From Deltaproteobacteria bacterium (GTDB taxonomy: Bacteria; Myxococcota_A; Polyangia; Fen-1088): a stretch of 64,000 bases of DNA. Under the pieces are notes generated by a model. The model was not told where the DNA came from, made no database searches, and saw only the letters and a program-made list of their open reading frames with translations. The translations under genes and the position numbers were made by a program. The stretch spans positions 64,001 through 128,000 of the forward strand of contig JANRKS010000019.1 in NCBI GenBank assembly GCA_033763315.1, written 5' to 3'. Position 1 is the first letter of the stretch. Each line of letters starts with the position of its first letter. This document shows, piece by piece, positions 59,210 to 64,000 of this stretch.

Positions 59210-60475
59210 ATGCCGCTGTATGCATTTAAAGGGGTAGGGGCTTCGGGCAAAACCGTCAGCGGCACACGCGAGGCGGATGGGCCGAAGAACCTGCGGCAGG
59301 TGCTCAAGCGCGAGTCGGTGTTTATCACCGAAATGCGCGAAGTGCAGGGGCGCGAAAAACAAGGCGGCCGGCAAGCGGCGGGCGGCGGCACCAAACAAAG
59401 CGGCCTCAAGAAGGACATCGACTTTAAGGGCCTGTTCGAAACCATCCGGCCCGCCGATGTGGCGATCTTCACCCGCCAGTTGGCCACGCTGTTGCGCGCC
59501 GGCATTCCCTTGGCCGAAGCGCTGGCCGCGTTGTCGGAGCAATCGGACAACAAGAAGCTGCAGATGGTGTTGGCGGAGTTGCGCCAACGGGTCAATGAAG
59601 GTGAAGCGCTGGCGAAGGCCTTGGAAGTGCACCCTCGCGTGTTTCCAGACCTTTACGTGAACATGGTGCGCTCGGGCGAAACGGCCGGCAACTTGGACGT
59701 GGTGCTGCTGCGTTTGGCTGACTTCATGGAAACGCAGAACGCCTTGCGAGCCAAAGTGTCGGGCGCCATGACGTATCCCATCATCATGATGGTGATGGGA
59801 TCACTTGTGATGGGCATCCTGATGGTGGTTGTGGTGCCCCAGATCACGGAGATCTTTGCCGACTCACAACGCGCGTTGCCGTTTAACACGCAGATCCTGA
59901 TCGGCGTGTCGAGTTTGGTGGGTGGCTGGTGGTTCATCTTGCTGCCTGCGATCGTGGGTGCCGTGATCATGGTTCGCCGCTGGATGCGCACGCCGAAGGG
60001 GCGCGGCAAGGTGGATCGCTGGTTGTTGAAGACGCCTGTGGTGGGGCCTTTGGTGCGCTTCTTGGCGGTGGCACGTTTTGCGCGCACGCTGGCCACGATG
60101 TTGGCGTCGGGCGTGCCCGTGTTGACGGCGCTCGACATCGTCAAACGCGTTCTGAACAACACGGTGCTTGAGAAAGTTGTTGAAGAGGCCCGCGATTCGA
60201 TTCGCGAGGGTGAATCGGTGGCGGCGCCGCTCAAGCGGTCGGGGCAGTTCCCTTCGATGATGTGCCACATGGTGGCCGTGGGGGAACGTTCGGGCGAGCT
60301 GGAAACCATGCTGGAACACGTGGCCGATGCCTACGAGCGCGACGTCGAATCAAAAGTGGCACGTCTTACGGCGCTGCTTTCGCCGCTGATGATTGTGGTG
60401 ATGGCCGTGGGCGTGGGCTTCATTGTGTTTTCGATTATTCAACCCATTTTGGACCTGCAGCAGTTCGTGCAATGA
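59210..60475 (+). CDS. gspF: Type II secretion inner-membrane platform protein
   Basis: FTRQLATLL.AG, GETAGNL, YP, GERSGEL. Confidence 0.95.
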   Translation: MPLYAFKGVGASGKTVSGTREADGPKNLRQVLKRESVFITEMREVQGREKQGGRQAAGGGTKQSGLKKDIDFKGLFETIRPADVAIFTRQLATLLRAGIPLAEALAALSEQSDNKKLQMVLAELRQRVNEGEALAKALEVHPRVFPDLYVNMVRSGETAGNLDVVLLRLADFMETQNALRAKVSGAMTYPIIMMVMGSLVMGILMVVVVPQITEIFADSQRALPFNTQILIGVSSLVGGWWFILLPAIVGAVIMVRRWMRTPKGRGKVDRWLLKTPVVGPLVRFLAVARFARTLATMLASGVPVLTALDIVKRVLNNTVLEKVVEEARDSIREGESVAAPLKRSGQFPSMMCHMVAVGERSGELETMLEHVADAYERDVESKVARLTALLSPLMIVVMAVGVGFIVFSIIQPILDLQQFVQ

Positions 60476-60500
60476 AACGACTTCGAGAGGAGTTAAGAAA

Positions 60501-60974
60501 ATGATGACTAAGTTAGCGAATGAGCCCTTATCAACCACCAATGGTTTTCTGGCCAGACTGCGGGCGGCAGCGATGCGGCGCCACAGCTTACGCGACTTGC
60601 GTAAGGCAGACGCGGGCATGACGCTGCTGGAGGTTTTGATCGTGTTGGCGTTGATCAGCTTGATCGCCGGCGCGATCGGCGTGACGGTGTTTGCCAACTT
60701 CAAGCGCGGCCAAATCAAGACGGCGAAGTTGATGGTGAACGAGGTGCGCGGTGCCGTTCAGCAGTACATGAGCGACAACAGCGGTGATTGTCCCCCGAAC
60801 ATCGAAGAGCTGGTGAATCAGAAATTCCTGAAGAAGAGCAGCACCAAGGACCCATGGGGCAAGCCATTCACCCTCAAGTGCCCCGGCGAGCAAGATTCTG
60901 ACGGGGTTGACATCACATCGCCGGGGCCCGACAAGCAAGAAGGCACCGAAGACGACATCCTGTCGTGGAAGTAG
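60501..60974 (+). CDS. gspG: Major pseudopilin
   Basis: G/MTLLE prepilin site, KDPWG, SPGPD..GTEDD; SD GAGGAG before ATG 60501. Confidence 0.92.
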   Translation: MMTKLANEPLSTTNGFLARLRAAAMRRHSLRDLRKADAGMTLLEVLIVLALISLIAGAIGVTVFANFKRGQIKTAKLMVNEVRGAVQQYMSDNSGDCPPNIEELVNQKFLKKSSTKDPWGKPFTLKCPGEQDSDGVDITSPGPDKQEGTEDDILSWK

Positions 60975-60983
60975 TTCCTGGTC

Positions 60984-61760
60984 ATGCCCGGGCCACGCCG
61001 CGCCCCTGACAAGGGGTTCACTCTCATCGAGGTGCTGGTGGTGCTTGCACTGCTGGCCCTGGTGGCGGGGTCTATGGTCCGCGGTATCAAATCGTTGTGG
61101 AAAAGCGATCTGAAGAGCGAGTCGGCGCACCTGGCGGGGGCGATGCGCTACATCTTCGATCGCGCCTCCACCACAGGCAAAGTTCACCGTTTGGTGTTTG
61201 ATCTGGATGCGGGCAAGTATTGGGCCGAGGTATCGGACGATAAGTATTTCCTTCCCGGCGACAAAGAAACCGCCGAATCGCGGATCGAAGATTGGAAGCG
61301 CGCGCAGAAGGAAACCGAAGCGCGCCAGCGGGGCGAGCTGCCACCCGAAGACGCCCCGAAACCATCAGGAGGTGGCCTGGGCTTTGGCTTCGGCAGCTCC
61401 GCTGGGAGCAACAGCTACGACGTCGAGAAGTATTTGCCAAAGCCCTTTGAGCGTAAGCGCGCGCGGTTTAAGGCTTTCAAGGAAACAGGCCTCAAGCCCG
61501 TCAGCCTGAAGAAGGTGAAGCTGGGCGGCGTTTATACACCGCGGATGGCGGACCCGGTTTACGAAGGGCAAACGTACGTCTACTTCTTTCCGCTTGGGTT
61601 CGCGGAAGCCGCCATCGTCTATGTGCAAGACGAAGACAAGGAGTCGACGTTTTCGCTGGTGGTGCACCCGCTCACGGGGCGCGTGAAGGTTTACAACAAA
61701 CAGATCGAGCCGCCGCTCGACAAGCAGTACGACGACGCTGGCGAAGTGGTGAACCAATGA
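60984..61760 (+). CDS. gspH: Minor pseudopilin H
   Basis: G/FTLIE site, YFFPLG, operon position. Confidence 0.82.
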   Translation: MPGPRRAPDKGFTLIEVLVVLALLALVAGSMVRGIKSLWKSDLKSESAHLAGAMRYIFDRASTTGKVHRLVFDLDAGKYWAEVSDDKYFLPGDKETAESRIEDWKRAQKETEARQRGELPPEDAPKPSGGGLGFGFGSSAGSNSYDVEKYLPKPFERKRARFKAFKETGLKPVSLKKVKLGGVYTPRMADPVYEGQTYVYFFPLGFAEAAIVYVQDEDKESTFSLVVHPLTGRVKVYNKQIEPPLDKQYDDAGEVVNQ

Positions 61761-62479
61761 AGCTCTCGGCTTGGCGGCGCCAGACCCAAGGCGGCTTCAC
61801 TCTGTTGGAGGTCATGGTGGCGTTGGCGATCTTGGCCGGCGCCCTGGTTGTGTTGATCCGGATCGTGACGGGCAACATTCAGAACACCAACCGCGCCAAG
61901 ATGATCACCGTGGCCACCTTCTTGGCCCGCGCCAAGATCGTTGAAATCGAAGATCGTGTGTTGATCGAAGGCTTCATCGATTTTGACGATGAACGCAAAG
62001 GCGATTTCTCGGCCGAGGGTTATCCCCAAATCACGTGGGAATCGAACGTTGAGCGTGTTCGTTTGCCACTGGATCTGGCGCAAAAGGCGCAGCAGGCCTC
62101 GTCCGACGTCACGCAGAACGCCACCAACGTAGGCAGTCAGAACCCGCTGCAGTTCATGGCGGGATTCATGGGTGGCTTCATGAGCACGCTTATGGATCCA
62201 ATCCGCATCGGGCTTGAAGAGTCGGTGCGCCGCCTGAGTGTCAAAGTTTACTGGAACGAGTATGGTCGCAAACAGCAAACCTTCGAGGTGGTCACCTTCC
62301 TCACGGACCCAGCCAAGCTGGACTTGGCGTTGACCGGTGGGGCTCCGATTCCGAATCCGAACGCACCTGGTGGCGCAGGCCAACCGGGCGGCACAGGGCA
62401 GCCTGGGGCCAACGGGCAGCCCGCGTCCAACTTTCCAGCGCCAGCGATTCCCGGCATGAGCTTGGGGGGGAGCAAATGA
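61757..62479 (+). CDS. gspI: Minor pseudopilin I
   Basis: G/FTLLEVMVALAI; operon position; Gly/Pro-rich tail. Confidence 0.82.
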   Translation: MKLSAWRRQTQGGFTLLEVMVALAILAGALVVLIRIVTGNIQNTNRAKMITVATFLARAKIVEIEDRVLIEGFIDFDDERKGDFSAEGYPQITWESNVERVRLPLDLAQKAQQASSDVTQNATNVGSQNPLQFMAGFMGGFMSTLMDPIRIGLEESVRRLSVKVYWNEYGRKQQTFEVVTFLTDPAKLDLALTGGAPIPNPNAPGGAGQPGGTGQPGANGQPASNFPAPAIPGMSLGGSK

Positions 62480-63165
62480 AGCGCGCTCTTAACAGGCAAG
62501 CAGGCTTTACGCTTTTGGAAGTGATGCTGGCCATCGGCATCTTGTCATTCATTTCGTTGACGGTGTGGGGAACGTTCAGCCAAACGTATGCCACCAAGAA
62601 GCGCTTGGATCTGGCGCAAGAGCGGATTCACGTGGCGCGCGTGGCACTTATGCGCATCACGCGTGAGCTTGAGATGGCTTATCTATCGAACCACGAGAAC
62701 ACGTTGATCCAAGACAAGCGCACCATGTTTGTCTCCACGCCCGGCGGCGATGTGGATGAACTAAAATTCTCTTGGTTCGGCAAGCAGCGCCTGCGAGCTG
62801 ACTCGGCCGAAGGCGACACGGGGCTTGTGATCTATTATGCCGAGCGCGATCCCGATAACAGCCAAGTGACGAACTTGATGCGGCGGGAAACCCGGCGCCT
62901 GCAGCCACAGGATCCGATGACGGTGCGCGCTGACACGTACGTGCTCTGCCCCGACATTACGCGCTTGAAATTCAGCTTCTTTGACGCCCGTATGCGCGAG
63001 TGGCGCGACGCTTGGAGCACAATCGGGGGCGAACAGCTGGATTACCTGCCCACGCACGTGCGCGTGGCCTTAACGATCCGCGACGAACGCGGCCGCGACG
63101 TGACCTACATCAGTGGCGCGCGCATTCAAATGACCGAGAAGGTCCAACACATTCCCCTCATCTGA
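62476..63165 (+). CDS. gspJ: Minor pseudopilin J
   Basis: G/FTLLE, W...W and LP.HV.V.L C-terminal pattern. Confidence 0.85.
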   Translation: MKRALNRQAGFTLLEVMLAIGILSFISLTVWGTFSQTYATKKRLDLAQERIHVARVALMRITRELEMAYLSNHENTLIQDKRTMFVSTPGGDVDELKFSWFGKQRLRADSAEGDTGLVIYYAERDPDNSQVTNLMRRETRRLQPQDPMTVRADTYVLCPDITRLKFSFFDARMREWRDAWSTIGGEQLDYLPTHVRVALTIRDERGRDVTYISGARIQMTEKVQHIPLI

Positions 63166-63171
63166 TCCACG

Positions 63172-64000
63172 ATGAATCTTTGGCAAACCCTCCGCGAACG
63201 TCACCGCAACCGTCACAAACGTGATCGGCAAAGTGGCGTTGCGTTGTTGATGACGATCACGTCGCTTACGCTGCTCATCGCGATTATCTCGCAATTCACC
63301 TATGACAGCACGATCTCGTTGGCCCAGGCGGCCAACGGGCGCGACGAGGTGAGGGCTCACTACATGGCGCGCTCGGCGGTGAATCTGTCGCGCATGCTGA
63401 TCAAGATCCAAACCAAGTTTATCGATCCCATCATGGCCAACGCCCAAAAGATGTTGGGCAATAGCTTGGGGCCCGGCATGGGCCTGAGCCTGCGGATCAC
63501 TGATTACGCGGGCGCCATCATGGGCTTCTTCGGGGGCACCAAGGAAGAGGCCGCCGGGCTGGGCAGTTTGATCGGCATCGATATCTCACAAGCGAAGGGT
63601 TTAGGGATGTCGCAAGGCACCCTCGACGCCGACATTTCAACCGAAGACGGCAAGATCAATTTAAATTGCGGCAGCGGCGTGTCGTGGAACGCGCAAAGCC
63701 AGGCCATCCTCTATCAGCAGTTGTTGGGCCTGATGTACTCGCCTCGCTACAACCCGTTGTTCGAGTTTCCGAATGCCAAGGGCCAGATCGTGGAGCGCAC
63801 CGAGGTAGCCACGGCGCTCATTGATTGGGCAGATGGCGACGAGCAGCGCTTTAGCCCCATGGGGTCAGCGGGCGGTGAAGACTATCGATACAATGCCTCC
63901 AAAGATCCCTACCGCGCGCACGACAACAGTTACGACACGGTTGAAGAAGCCGCGCAGGTTTACGGCATGGGCGCCGACCTCATCGAAGCGTTTATGCCTT
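63172..64000 (+). CDS. gspK: Minor pseudopilin K, partial (runs off the window)
   Basis: Not in ORF track; manual translation gives SG/VALLMTI, EDGKINLN, ALIDWADGD. Confidence 0.88.
   Translation, partial: MNLWQTLRERHRNRHKRDRQSGVALLMTITSLTLLIAIISQFTYDSTISLAQAANGRDEVRAHYMARSAVNLSRMLIKIQTKFIDPIMANAQKMLGNSLGPGMGLSLRITDYAGAIMGFFGGTKEEAAGLGSLIGIDISQAKGLGMSQGTLDADISTEDGKINLNCGSGVSWNAQSQAILYQQLLGLMYSPRYNPLFEFPNAKGQIVERTEVATALIDWADGDEQRFSPMGSAGGEDYRYNASKDPYRAHDNSYDTVEEAAQVYGMGADLIEAFMP

Noticed and set aside
57305-59632. 775 aa minus-strand ORF
   Set aside because: Antisense shadow of gspE/gspF

Overview
GC-rich bacterial chromosomal DNA; gene content (Hanks-type kinases, elb-type ether-lipid genes, DUF1592/DUF1552 pair, Myxococcus-like SOS boxes) suggests Myxococcota (inference). 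In order: a partial Ser/Thr kinase-cyclase-like-AAA gene and tatD; a four-gene operon matching the myxobacterial ether-lipid cluster (HAD phosphatase, LarA-fold protein, FAR-A-ACP-acyltransferase megaenzyme, SDR); an SGNH lipoprotein with a DUF1552/DUF1592 pair; housekeeping and sugar genes (lipid kinase, ettA, kinase-HDOD fusion, tkt, apbE, thiO, xylB, DeoR, cysE, lipA, GH2, prfC, a second LarA homolog); an ECF sigma factor, a decayed vapBC module and lexA with tandem SOS-like boxes; an accessory-looking 44-52 kb block (M50 protease, FGE-like, vWA, intact phd-vapC); and a sigma54 response regulator followed by a type II secretion operon gspC-K that runs off the window, preceded by a palindrome + IHF + -24/-12 promoter. 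The strongest lead is the LarA-fold protein in the ether-lipid operon, which by manual alignment keeps the nickel-pincer anchoring residues but not the racemase substrate residues. No tRNA, rRNA, CRISPR array, integrase or transposase was recognised. All calls come from reading motifs by eye, with no database searches.
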